Assembly (NCBI RefSeq): GCF_004010195.1
Contig: NC_057751.1
Span: forward strand, 6,018,997-6,082,996
Direction of reading: 5' to 3'
DNA: 64,000 nt
Origin: Chiloscyllium plagiosum
Lineage: Eukaryota
In this document: piece by piece, positions 37,460 to 49,383 of the stretch
Position numbering within the stretch: the first letter of the stretch is position 1
Layout of the letters: each line of letters begins with the position of its first letter
Notes under the pieces: model-generated
Database searches by the model: none
The model's input: only the letters and a program-made list of their open reading frames with translations
Told to the model about the DNA's origin: nothing
Position numbers and translations under genes: made by a program

Positions 37460-38569
37460 AATTTCAGTTTGTCAGATTCACCCCCAACCAACCATAATTG
37501 TTTCCTGGATCCTGGAGGATCTATCTTCACAATAGATGGAAGCCATTTCATCTGAATGGTATTCGAAAAATGTCTTGAGATAAATCCAAATTAGAGTTTA
37601 TTTTATGAAGAGGGTTCACAGATTACAAGGTTTTTGCAAGTTTCAGGCTGTAGATCCGAATGCAGGATAAATCTGACCTTCCTTCTGTCCTTTTTTAGAG
37701 TGGGGGACAGATTATGTAGCTGCTTTGTCAATTTAGATTATGAGAAAACTTTCCACATTCCAAAACATTGCCTTGTTTTCAACACAGCGACATGTCACAT
37801 GATGCTTGAAATATGATACGTGTGAAGTCTGTACAGTTTTTAATTGTCTTATGTATAACGTCCATATTATTTGACACAAATAATATTTTAAATCTCTGCA
37901 GAATCCCTTAAACTGGAATATTTCTATACAGACAATCAATCACCTTTTACAGTGCCTACTGTGTTAGGGTTATTAAATCAGTTCTGTGTGAAAAGGGTCA
38001 ATCTGTATCATAAGGCACCTTTCAAAGGAAAAGGCACACTTTCTGAATAAATCACAAAGTGATATAAATTCATCACATCAGACTGCAAAGCAATCTCACC
38101 AATTCTAATAGAAGAGATACAACCAAAGAGTAAAAAATGTAACTGGGCTGTGTAATAAGTATTAATATATCATCTAACAGCATTGGAATGCCATGTACCA
38201 GAAACAATCATTCATGTCGGAAGGAATAAAACATAAAATGAGATGAATATACTGCAATGAACTGTACTAGGCGTGAGGCAGCTAATTGGCATGTAACCCA
38301 GGATATAATGAAATGATGCACACTTTGAGATGAGGAATGCTTCCTTGCCCCTTTCAATCACTCCCTAGGGGAATAATTTTTACCCACACTGTACTTGTCT
38401 TTTTCCCAAGCACTGTATTATGTAAATGAAATATTCTTCTCCAGCAAAACTTTCCACACTGTAAGTAATCTAATCTAAAAAAAACTAATCCATTAATATA
38501 GTGATGAGTTCAGAAGAAGAGCCGAGTTGGATTCAAAACTGAGAACAACTGACCTGCCACCTTGACATC

Positions 38570-39918
38570 AATTGTGGGAAAACTGATGGGGGGCATATTA
38601 AGAGATGGATTAATATAGACTCAGAGAAGACAAAGTTAATACCAGAAAGTTAACATGACCCTGTAAAGGGCAGATCATGCCTGACATATTTTGCTGATTT
38701 CTTTGCCGAGTCGACATAGGCAGTGGATGAGAATATTGCTGTGGATATTGTTTATGTAGACTTTCAGAAAACATTTGATACGGTGTCATATGGCAGGTCG
38801 GTTCGCAAATTAGAAATGTTTGGGATTGATGGGTCCTTGTTAGCATGGATTGGAAGTTGGCTAAAAGGCAGGGAACAGAGGATAGGTATAGTTGGGCATT
38901 TCTCAGACTGGAGACAAGTTGAAAATGGTGACCCCAGGGATCAATGTTGGGACCCTTGCTTTTTCTGATTTAAATAAGCGATTTGGAGATGGTGGTGTTG
39001 ATGGCAAAATCTCTAAATTTGCAAATGATACAAAGGTAGAGAGAATAGTGAATTGTGAGGATGAAGATGAGTGACGTCAGAGGGATATTGACAAGTTGGC
39101 CAAATGGACAGACACAGACACCAGACAGATGAATTTCAATGCAGAGAAATGTGAGGTACTGCATTTTGGTAGAAGAAACTGGAAGTAACGAGACATGTTC
39201 AATGGTATAGTCTTAAGGGGAGTACAGGAGCAGACTTTCGGGTTCAAGTGCATAATTGTCTGAAGGTGACCAGGCCAGTTAAAAGAATTGTTAAGAAGGT
39301 TTATGGGATCATTGGGTTTATAAATTGAGAAGTGTAGAGTGTATAAGCAAGAAAGTGATTCTATACCTCTGTAAATCATTTTGAGTGTTGTGTTCAGTTC
39401 TGAGCACATTATTTAAGGAAGCATGTCAAAGCCCTGGAGAAAGTGCAAAGGAGGATTACTGGCATAATACCAGAAATTAGGGATTTTAGATAAAAGGAAA
39501 GATTAGAGAAAGGAGGCTTCCTCTCCTTGGAGCAGAGAAGATTTACATGTGACCCTTTTGGGATGTTCAAAATTATGAACAATTTTGACAGGGTAAAGAA
39601 GGATAATCTGTTTCAATTAGTAGGTGTATCAGTAAGTAGAGATTGCAATTTCAAGATTGTCAGCAAGCAAGCGAGGAGTGAGATGAGGAGAAACCCATTT
39701 ACCCAGAATGTTGTGAGGATTTAGATTCGCTGCCAAAGAGAGTGGTGGAGATGGGAATGGGAGGTTTCAAAATAGAGCTAGATGTATATTTGAAAGTGAT
39801 TAATTACAAGAAAACCAGAGATAGGGCTGGTGAATGGGACTAGCTGGGTAGCTCTTTCAGGAGCTAGTACAGACACAATGGGCCGAGTGGCCTCCTTCGG
39901 TTGAGTAAAATTCTACGA
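38570..39918 (+). mobile_element. CR1 LINE RT and 3' end, degenerate
   Basis: AVDIVYVDFQKTFDTV, ISKFANDTKV, FNAEKCEVLHFG, RSEMRRNPFTQNVVRI and a 3' GGGCCGAGTGGCCTCCTTC. Confidence 0.9.
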
Positions 39919-41106
39919 TTCTAAAGTTCTTAACTCTGCTTCTCTCTCCACACGTGCTACTAGCTTGCTGAGTTTCTGTGTCATTTTGTGTTTTTGTTTA
40001 AATCTTGCGGTACTTTTAATTTTGTGAGATGACACAAATGCCTTGGATGGAGCTTTGGAACAAGAATGGAGGTTGACCATCATTTCTAGAAATGAAGACA
40101 ATTTTTCTCTGCTATTGTCATAATATATTCACGATAGATTCAGTGAAATAAGTGCTAATAGGTCTTGAAAAGCGATGACTTTTTGAAAGCCAAACTCTAG
40201 GAAAGGAACTTTTCTGATTTTTGTGATCAGGATGCTGTACTTACATAGATAGTCTTCAAAGGTGAGCATTTCCTTGTTTGGCAGCATTGCTGGGAGCTGC
40301 TCTCCTCCACTAGCTGGTCTTTATCAAAATTATGGGCTGCTTGCTCCGTCATTAAAGGGCTGATGCAGCTGCTCCTGGAAGTATTCCTCAGGCAAGAAAT
40401 TTAAGAAGAGGGTCAAGGAGCAGAATAGTCAAGGGTGCATTATCTTTTTGTGAACTGTCTATCCTTGCACTTGACTTTTCTACTATTTAAATACTTGTGT
40501 CATTTTTCACAGTGAGTGGTCAGGTTAGATATGTTGATTACTTAGCTGTCAAGACCTGTGCAGTTTTTCACAAAAAAGGAACAAAATATTGCAGGCTGTT
40601 TTGGGTCTCTCTGTCCCTGTCTGTCAACTTACTTGCTGCTGTGTCACAACCAGATTACTCATCTTGAAAATAAATTTGACATTTACGTAGGTACAATTGA
40701 TAAAGTGTACGACAGGAAAATCTATCTAAAGTTAGCAGCTGACATGAAGAGCTGTTCGTAAACATGCTTATCAGGAACACATTTCACTGTAATTGCAACA
40801 TGTCGTTGCATTCTTACAATTTCTTGCACAGTAGACTAATTGTAGATAAGGAAGTGTATTAGTTTGTGTAAGCAGCAACTCATTTTGCAACCAAGTTGAA
40901 GTTGTCATGTCTTTATTAGGGACTGTAGCATTCTGGAATAATTGGTTTCTCTGTTGAAGCATATGTATGTTCCTAGGCACTGGTGGACATGTAGTACTGT
41001 TTTATGGATCCATAAAAAAACTGCATTTTGCTGTGTATTGAATAAATATATTGAGAATGTTTTTCCATGAAGTTGCTTTCAAGCAAATTGAAATGAAGTT
41101 TTGGAA

Positions 41107-41355
41107 TTGCCAGTTTCGTTCTTGCACCTGTCCGCTCCACCCTCATCTCTAACCTATCACCATTACCCCCACCCTCATCTACCTTTCGCAATCTCAGCTA
41201 CCTTCCTGCCAGCCCCACTCCCCTCCTATTTATCTCTCCAACCCCTCGGCTCACAAGCCTCATTCCTGATGAAGGGCTCTTGTCTGAAATGTCGATTCTC
41301 CTGCTCCTCGGATGCTGCCTGACCTGCTGTGCTTTTCCAGCACCACGCTGTCACC
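41107..41355 (+). mobile_element. Penelope-like terminal repeat (tail-less)
   Basis: C-rich 3'UTR, hammerhead motif at 41262-41297, then GGATGCTGCCTGACCTGCTGTGCTTTTCCAGCACCAC. Confidence 0.85.
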
Positions 41356-41379
41356 TCTAAGAATTCATTATCAACACAG

Positions 41380-41725
41380 TGAATAAAATCATGAGGGGTA
41401 CAGATAGTGTTAAAGGTATTTTTTTTCCCTAGGATGTGAGATTTCAAGATGAGGGGGCATATTTTTGAAATGAGGGGAGAGAGATTTAAAAATGACATGA
41501 AGGGCAAATATTTTACGCAGAGGGTGGTTTGCGTGTGAATGAACTTCCTGAGGAAGTGGTAGATGTGGGCATAATTACAACATTTTGCGAAGTACATGAA
41601 TAGGAAAGACTTGGAAGGATATGGGCCAGGAGCAGCCAGGTGAGCCTAGTTTATTTCGGGATTATGTTTGGCATGGACTAGTTGGACGAAAGGGTCTGTT
41701 TCCATGCTGTGTGACTCTGTGACTG
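41380..41725 (+). mobile_element. CR1 LINE 3' end
   Basis: KIMRGTD..RGHIF..RFKNDMKGKYFTQRVV followed by GGACCGAAGGGTCTGTTTCCATGCTGTGTGACTCTGTGACT. Confidence 0.85.
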
Positions 41726-41797
41726 ACAGGTAAACAATGCCAAGTTTCTTACCCTTTCACAGGCCTCTACCCTGGTGAGCCAGACTTCAGAACCTGC

Positions 41798-42051
41798 CAA
41801 CCAATCAGAGGAGAAAGTGAGGACTGCAGATGCTGGAGATCAGAGCTGAAAACGTGTTGCTAGAAAAGCACAGCAGGTCAGGCAGCATCCAAGGAGCAGG
41901 AGAATCGACGTTTCGGGCATGAGCCCTTCTTCAGGAATTTCCTCTTTCCTGAAGAAGGGCTCATGCCCGAAATGTCAATTCTCCTGCTCCTTGGATGCTG
42001 CCTGACCTGCTGCGCTTTTCCAGCAACACATTTTCAGCAACCAATCAGAGG
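41798..42051. mobile_element. Palindromic (head-to-head) Penelope terminal-repeat insertion with 14-bp TSD
   Basis: 93-bp inverted arms at 41845-41937 and 41946-42038 with an 8-nt spacer. TSD CAACCAATCAGAGG at 41798-41811 and 42038-42051. Confidence 0.92.
41903..41938 (-). ncRNA. Minimal type I hammerhead ribozyme-like motif (intact core)
   Basis: AUUC-CUGAAGA-A-GGGC-UCAU-GCCC-GAAA-CG-UC-GAUU. Confidence 0.65.
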
Positions 42052-44384
42052 TCAGCATCTACTGGATCTTAAAGTTGGGTTATCCAAACAAAAACTTATT
42101 TTTTCTTCTTTATATAGGATTGGAGTCACAGTGAGAGGAAAGAGAAGGGGTTAGAGCTTTCAGTCATCCACCACTGCCAACTTCCATCTCTTGCCAACCT
42201 CTGCAACTCAGCAGGTAGGTCACATAATTTCACAGTCGGGAAATCAGGTCCCTTTCTTGCCCAATGAGGTGGCAGGTGATCAGAAGGTTACAGTTGCGAC
42301 CTTCCTTGATTGATCAGTTAAGGGTCCTTAATGCTAATAAGTGAGAAAGTCATCTATAGGCACACTCTTCAAATACTTAATTGCTGAGCTGTTGAGAAGA
42401 TTAGTTTCTTTTCAGGGCAAACTATGCCTAATTATTTCCCCTTCTTGCGACCTCCAAGGAGGGGCGAATTATGTCCATGACATCCAACGGGTTGTTTAAA
42501 ACAACTCAATCAACCTTCACCAATTTGTACCACTCTTTTCACCTCTTATCACTTTCTCACAATATCCTTCTTGTTGTCTCTTCCTTGTCACTAGGGTTTT
42601 TGACTGATGTTATGATGAATCAAAACACTTCAGTTTTAATGTGCAGCTACTGCTGTTGAACCACATCTGTCTGTTCTCTTCTTCACTCCCTCTGAAGCCC
42701 ATATTGATTAAGGTTTACCCTGTCAATTGAGACATTCCAAGATCATGCTGTTTTGATCTTATGCTGAGTTGATATCCTGTCAACACTTAAGCCCAAATTC
42801 ACTTAACTAAGGTGATGAAAAATTAGTCTGAGGGACTGTAAATTAAAATCTGTCATCTTTTTATTGTTTAGCCTGTGCCTCTCATGCCTTGACTGTTCCA
42901 AGCTATACCCAACAGCAAAGGAGTAGCTCCCGCTCCCAATATTCTGTCAGTGTTGTTCATATGTCGTTCTTCTCTGTTACCTTCTGATGGCAAATTACAT
43001 GTGTGCACATTCTCTATTGTCAGGAAGTCTTTTGCCACCTCCTGCTGAAGGTTTCCAATGAGGCTGTGAAGAGATACACTTTGTGTTTTCAACAAGATTC
43101 TTTTTATTGCCTTAATGCTTAGCCTATGGTCAATAATTTCTCAGAAGCAGAAACTGCTATCCCAGTACATGGGGATTGAACAGTGACCCCACCCTCTAAT
43201 ATTGGTAAAGCAATGTGAAACGTTATATATTTCTCACCTAGTAAGCTCGTTGTGCACTATTTTCATATTGACATGTGTCTCATACAGCCTTGTTGACAAC
43301 TTCTATGAGCAATGTGTTGGGCTTTATTTTTCTCATAGTGAAGGGATGAGTGATATTTTATAGATCTCTGAACTAATGAACCGATAATTTCTTTTTTGAT
43401 TACAATGGTACAGTTTTGTTTCCAAGTTTGACTGGTATTTCTGTTATCTGAGTAAATCCAACCAGCAAGACATCAATCTACAAATTGAGTTGCCTGCAGT
43501 AGCACCAATATTTCAGATCTTTAATGGGCAATTGTGGTTTGCAATCTATTTCCGAGCATTTTTAGGTCTTCTAGCTGTCAGGAAAAGCTGTTAGAAGAAG
43601 CTAGAATTTCACTCATATTTTTTGTGTTTGCAAAATAACAAGTGGAAAAACTTTCTATTGACATATTATGGGTCAAAAATACATTTTCCAAGACACCAGT
43701 CTGCACACAAAACCACTCATTAGGATTTTAAAATCAATGCTACAGATACCACAGCTACAAAATAAGTACTGTTCTGACTGGAATTGATCTGAATGACTTT
43801 GGTGCTTATGTTCCCTATTTTCTCATTTTTTAATCTCTTCTCCAGTTTCCCTGCATCAGCTTGACGTAGTTGGTTCCAGCCAGCTCTGGGTCTTGGCCAA
43901 AGAAGCTATCCCAGCCTTCCTACACAGCACTGCATATTTACTGCATTATCACAGATCAGCAGATAGGATTTTAAATGGAGACCCTCCTTCACCTGATCCT
44001 GATATTACAGTGAATGTCCATCATGCTTCTTGTACAAGGGTAATTCTGAAGGAGTTAATGCTCATGTCACATTAAGCTCTTATGATGTTACGCAGTCTTT
44101 GGCTGGAGCCATTTGAGTTCTGCATGAGAATCCAAAGGGTGTGTAATAACATCTCTGAACAGGTTGATTCAAACTGAGCTATGGAAAAGAGGACTGATGG
44201 TGATGAACTGCCAAACCAAAACAGCACATACAATCATGGTGCCAACAGTGGTTTTGTGAAGAAAATCAGAGATGCATGACATGACAGTGCTGTTCTGTGG
44301 AACTTAGCAAAAACTCCCTAGACCCTACCACTGCCAAGCAAAGTCTTGAAACAGACCATTCATCTTCAGCTAGCACTGAATAGG

Positions 44385-46035
44385 ATTGAGAAGAATGAGA
44401 GGGAATCTCATAGAAACATATACAATCCTGATAGGACAGGCTGTGGGAAGAATGTTCCCGATATTGGGGAAATCCAGAACCAGGGGTCACAGTTTTAAAA
44501 AAGGGGTAAACCCATCAGAGGATGAGGAAGAATTTCTTCACGCAGAGAATTGTGAACCTGTGGAATTCTTGTTGGGACTAGCTCATTAGAAACAGTCAAA
44601 AGGGAGCTGGACATGGCCCTTGCGGCTAAAGGAAACAAGAGGTATGTAGAGAAAGTGGGAGTGGAATACTGAAATTGCATGATCAGCTATGATCATAATG
44701 AATTGGGAGCAGGCTCGAAGGACCGAATGTCCTACCCCTTCACACATTTTCTATGTTTCTCTTACTTAAATGGAGAATTTTGAAATGCAGAGAGATTTAG
44801 GTGCTCTAGTGCAGTAGTTACATAAGTTAGTACTGTAATAATGCTGCTCCTTTAACAAGGTTATGTTGTGCTTGGCTTTTTCTTCCCAGAGAGACCATAA
44901 AAGACACAGATTCTAAAATGCCTGGGGTTGATGGGTTTTAGGGTCAATTTGATTATAGCTAACAGATACTGCCTCAGGAAAAAGGCTTCTACGTTTTAAA
45001 AAAAACACTTGTCTAGCTTTTCTCTGAAAGCAGTCAGGCAGTTGTAAAACTGCTGAACCCAAAGAAGCAGGTCCATGCTGGTACTCTTTCTCCCACTTCT
45101 CTCCTGTAAACGCCTGTGATTATGGGAATTGCTGCAAGTATCAGGAACAGCATCATTAAGTTGGAATAGTCTGTAGGGTTTTCGGAGAGGTTGAGTTATT
45201 CGGTATTCTGTTCTCTTTTGCTTGTGTTTCATTCGGTAACCTTGTAAATAAATTATGTTTTGTTTAAAACTGAGTGGTTTGACCAACTGCATCCCTCCTG
45301 GAATATCCATGTTACACCTACTTAAAACAACCAGCCAAGTTAGGGGCTGGGCTACTTCCTTGAAATGTTTTGAGGGGGTCTGGCCTTGTCCATAACAGTA
45401 TGCAGGTACAATACATAATTAAGAAGATGCAAAGGATGCTATTCTTCATAATGAAATGAATATAAAAGTACCGGTGTTATGTTTCAGTTGTACAAGACAT
45501 AGTTTGAAAACTGTGTGCGGTTTTAGATCCTTTTTCAAATAAAGACTCAAATGCGTTGGAAATGTTTTGGAGAGGGTTTGTTAGATTGATACCTGGAGTG
45601 ATGAAGTTGTCTTTTGACAATATAGGTTGGATAGATTGGGCTTGTTTCTGCTGTAGTTTAGGAGATTGAGGGATGACTTGATCAAAGTATAAGATCCTTA
45701 CTGCAGTTGACAAGGTGGACATGGAAAGGCTGATTCCTCTTGTGGATCAGTCCAGAACTAGTGTGCACTGTTTAAAAGTTCAAGGGTCAATATTTCAGGA
45801 CGGAGTTGAGGAGAATGTTCATTTCTCAGAGGTATGTGTGACTCGGGATCTCTGCCTCAGAAGCCAGAAGTTCAAACACTGATATTCTTCAAGGCAGAAG
45901 TAGGTAGATTTCTATTGGGCATTTCAATCAGAGGTTATCAGTGATAGGTGGGAATGTAAACAGATCACCCATGATCTTATTGCTTGGCAGAGCAGGCTCG
46001 AGGGGCCAAATGGTCAACATCTACTCCTATTCCAG
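44385..46035 (+). mobile_element. Two adjacent CR1 3' fragments, the second interrupted by a solo LTR
   Basis: RRMRGNLIETYTIL..SRTRGHS at 44385-44760; QRDLGALV..[LTR]..QVQ and RLRDDLIKVYKIL at 44765-46035. Confidence 0.82.
44834..45397 (+). mobile_element. Solo LTR (564 bp)
   Basis: TGTAAT...CATAACA ends and a near-TSD GTAC/GTAT. Homologous to 22161-22728 (reverse) and 49384-50721. Confidence 0.88.
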
Positions 46036-46099
46036 AGGTTCATACATTTTGTTTTTTTTCCTCATGTCTTCTTCCTTGCTTTCCTATTTCATCCAACAA

Positions 46100-46575
46100 T
46101 CTACCCTCTCCCTGTTCCGCTGTGCTCCTGGTGTCCACACTTAAGTCAAATTCTGTTCCCTTCTGACCCCTGCATTGGATTCCGATCAAGCAACCTATTT
46201 TTCTTAGAGCATTTTCACTGTTTTTTTGAATTGCCTTCACATATTCGCCTCTGTAATCTGCTCCAGACCTACAAGTCTCTGAGATCTCTGAGCTCACCTC
46301 AGCCTGGTCTCTGGAAGATGGTTAATTTTAATTGAACCATTATTGGTGACTCTGGCTTCAGGTACCTGGGTCCGAAGCTCTCGACATCTCCACCTTTTAT
46401 TTCACCGTTAAGATGCTTCTTCTAACCTATCTCTTAGCCCAGCAATTTTTGCCATCTGCCCGATCATCACCTCATGGAGTTCAGTGTCAGGTTTGTTTGA
46501 TTACCAGACGATGAAGCACATTGGGATGTCATATTTATGTGGAAGGTGTTACATGAATACAAGTTATTGTTGTGA
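46100..46575 (+). mobile_element. L2-like LINE 3' relic
   Basis: CTGCATTGGATTCCG (LHWIP), LRSLSS-like sequence and a 3' GAAGCACATTGGGATG..ATACAAGTTATTGTTGT. Confidence 0.55.
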
Positions 46576-46889
46576 ATAAAACACAGCTATCTTTCGTGAA
46601 AACAAACAAGATATTTGTTAATGGACTGATGTTGGGACAATACAGTGAGAATAAGGGCTGCTTGGGTAGAGAGGTGAACACTTGGGCACAGATAATGATT
46701 TATGGCCTCTTGAATTGTTGCTGTACTTTTCACTGAGTGATTGTCTTGACAACTATTTTCAGTCAGGAGACAGGAAAATTGTATAAAGTAGTTTTGTGTG
46801 ACTTGGAGGAAAATATGCCAAGCTTTTCTGAATCACAAAGATTTGAAATCCAAACATAAAATGCTGGCAAAACTCGGCAAATCAGGTGG

Positions 46890-48010
46890 TATTGGAGGAG
46901 AGAAATAGGGAAGGTGGTGGTGAACTGTCTTCTTGAACCGCTGTAGTCCACATGCTCTGAGGGAGGAAAGACCTGGGCAATGAAGGATTGACGATACATT
47001 TCCAGGACAGGTTGGCGAGTGGCTTGTAGGGGAACTTGCAGATGGTGGTGTTCCTATGTCCTTCCATATTGAAGTGGTCGTGGGTTTAGAAGATGCTCTC
47101 CAAGGAACTTTATGAATTCCTACAGTGGGTGTGAAAAGCACACACTGCTGTCACTGAGTGTCAGTGGTGGAGGAAGTGAAAACCTGGGGATCAAGCAGGC
47201 TGCTTTGTACTGAACGCTGTCAAGCTTCTTGGGTTTTGGAACTACACCCATCCAGGGAAATGGGGAGTATTCCATCATACTGAATTGTGCATTGCAGATG
47301 GTGGACAGGCTTTGGGACCGAGGAGGTGAATACTCACCACATTATTCCTAGCCTCTGACCTACTCTCGTAGCTTGTAGTGGCGAGTCCAGTTGAGTTTCT
47401 GGTCAGTGGTAACGCCCAAAATGCTGATAGTCGGGGATTCTTAACCCCCTTGAGTGTCAAGAGGCAGTGGTTAGATTGTCTCTTATTGGAAATGGTTGTT
47501 GCCGAGCAAATGTATGGTGTGAATGTTAATTGCTACTTGTCAGCCCAAGCCTGGATATTGTCCAGATTTTGTTGCATTCGAACACTGACTGTTTCAGTAT
47601 CTGAGGATTTGCAAATGGTGCTGAACATTGTACAATCATCAGCAAACATTCCCCACTTCTGACCTTACGATGGAGGGAAGGTCATTGATGAAGCAGTCGA
47701 AGGTGGTTGGGTCTCGGAAATTAACTTGACAAACTCCTGCAGAGAAGTCCTGAAGCTGAGATGACTGACTTCTCACAACCACAACCATCTTCCTTTGTGC
47801 CAGGTATGACTCCAACCAGCAGAGAATTCTCCACTTTGATACCCATTGATTTCGGTTTCACAAGGGCTTCTTAATATTATTCTCAGCCAATGCAGCCTTG
47901 ATGTTAATGGCTGTCACTCTCACCTTACCTCTGGAATATAGGTCTTTTGTCCATATTTGAACCAGGCTGCAATGAGACCAGGAGCTGAATGACCCTGGCG
48001 GAACCCAATT
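46890..48010 (-). mobile_element. CR1-group LINE fragment (same family as 15640-17030)
   Basis: Reverse complement shares GGGTTCC.CCAGG..TCAGCTCCTG, TTCCAGA.GT.AG.TGAGA.TGACAGCC and GACAAT.TCCAGGCTT.GGCTGAC with the 15.6-17.0 kb copy. Confidence 0.75.
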
Positions 48011-48664
48011 TTCCAGTACAATTTAAGAGTGCCATCTAGTCTTACAAGCTTGTAAGCTCTCAGTTCAGAACAACATTCACTCTCTCTTTTAAAGGGGAAG
48101 TACATGCCCTCAACTTCCTAAAACTAGAAATAGACATTACCTGGCATTTAATGTCTGACCCACGAGACCTTTAATGTCCTGCAAATGCTGCTATTTCTCA
48201 TGTCTCTGACCACTGATCTTTTCATGCCCAATCCAAAGTCTGTCAATGGCTGACAAACTGAGATATGACATGATATTCCAATGCTGCTATGAAATTTGCA
48301 AGGCTTTGGGTAATCCATTCTTTCAGGTTTTCCAGACTCAGTGTGGCTGCCACCTCCCCCCACCTCTTAATGAGCACCCAGCCAAGCATTTTCAGTCTGT
48401 GACCTCATGGTGAAGGGGCATAATTTTGATCTGTAATCCAGAGTTTTCATTAGGGACAACGACAGGGTCTGCTGGAATTAGTCACAATGTTTCTCAGTTA
48501 AAGTGAGTTCCAGCTGTTGGTTCCTGTTTTGACAAGCTGGGGGAAGAGGAGGGCAGGCGCTGTCGATTCTTGGTGAAGAAAGAACTAAGTTTGATTGTTG
48601 CATCTTTCTTGGTCAACTGACACTTGCTCTCAAAATTCATGTTCTAAACCTGATCATTAGTTGA

Positions 48665-48800
48665 TATTGATTTGACTTGATTTGATTTGATTTGACTTAT
48701 ACTATCACATCTACTCAAGCACAAAGGTACAGGAGTCCAGTGAAAGGTGCATAATGTCACTGTACAAGGTGCCATCTTAGGTACAAGTACCTAGGGACAT
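48665..48800 (-). mobile_element. Probable LINE-type 3' terminus with a (TCAAA)n tail (Rex1-like)
   Basis: TTGATTTGACTTGATTTGATTTGATTTGA microsatellite followed by CAGTGAAA, similar to the Rex1 3' end at 6037. Confidence 0.4.
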
Positions 48801-49030
48801 AACCTTAAGAATAAGCTAGAAAGAAAGAACAAGTTAAAAGCTTAATATTGCAGTCAGTATAGCACAGCATAAAATGTATGAAATAAGGGGGTTGAAAGTT
48901 CTTAGTTTTAAGTAGAAAATAGAGAAAGAAAGCTGAAAGTTCAAATATTACAGTCTTTCCTAAGTGCTTAGCCACAGTGAGACCGCACTTCAAGGAATCA
49001 CCTTGAGACCAGAATTCCACGCTGAGGTCA

Positions 49031-49198
49031 CACCAGGACTAGAGACTGCCATGTACCTCCGAAAGACCACCACTCCAGGCCGAGAGTCCACCATTCTGGG
49101 CTGTAAGACCGCTATGCCGGGCTGAAAGTCTGTCTCACTGGACTGGGAAGTCGCGACACCAGACTGGGAGTCCGTCTCGCTGGGTCCGCGCTGCGTCT
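49031..49198. repeat. Degenerate GC-rich 21-bp minisatellite (~8 units)
   Basis: Units such as CACCAGGACTAGAGACTGCCA / CTCCAGGCCGAGAGTCCACCA / CACCAGACTGGGAGTCCGTCT. Confidence 0.65.
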
Positions 49199-49383
49199 GA
49201 GGCCAGGAGTCAGAGACCAGCAGTTGGAGGCCGGGAGAAGAAAAGAGAAAAAGGAAAAGAACATACAAAAGAGAAAAAAAAATAGAGAAAACAAGAAAAG
49301 GAAATGAATGAAACTAATGAACTTTGTCTGGGGTGTCCTCCGATCGCGTCTTAATACTTCCTTCAATCTGACTCTTTACCTTT

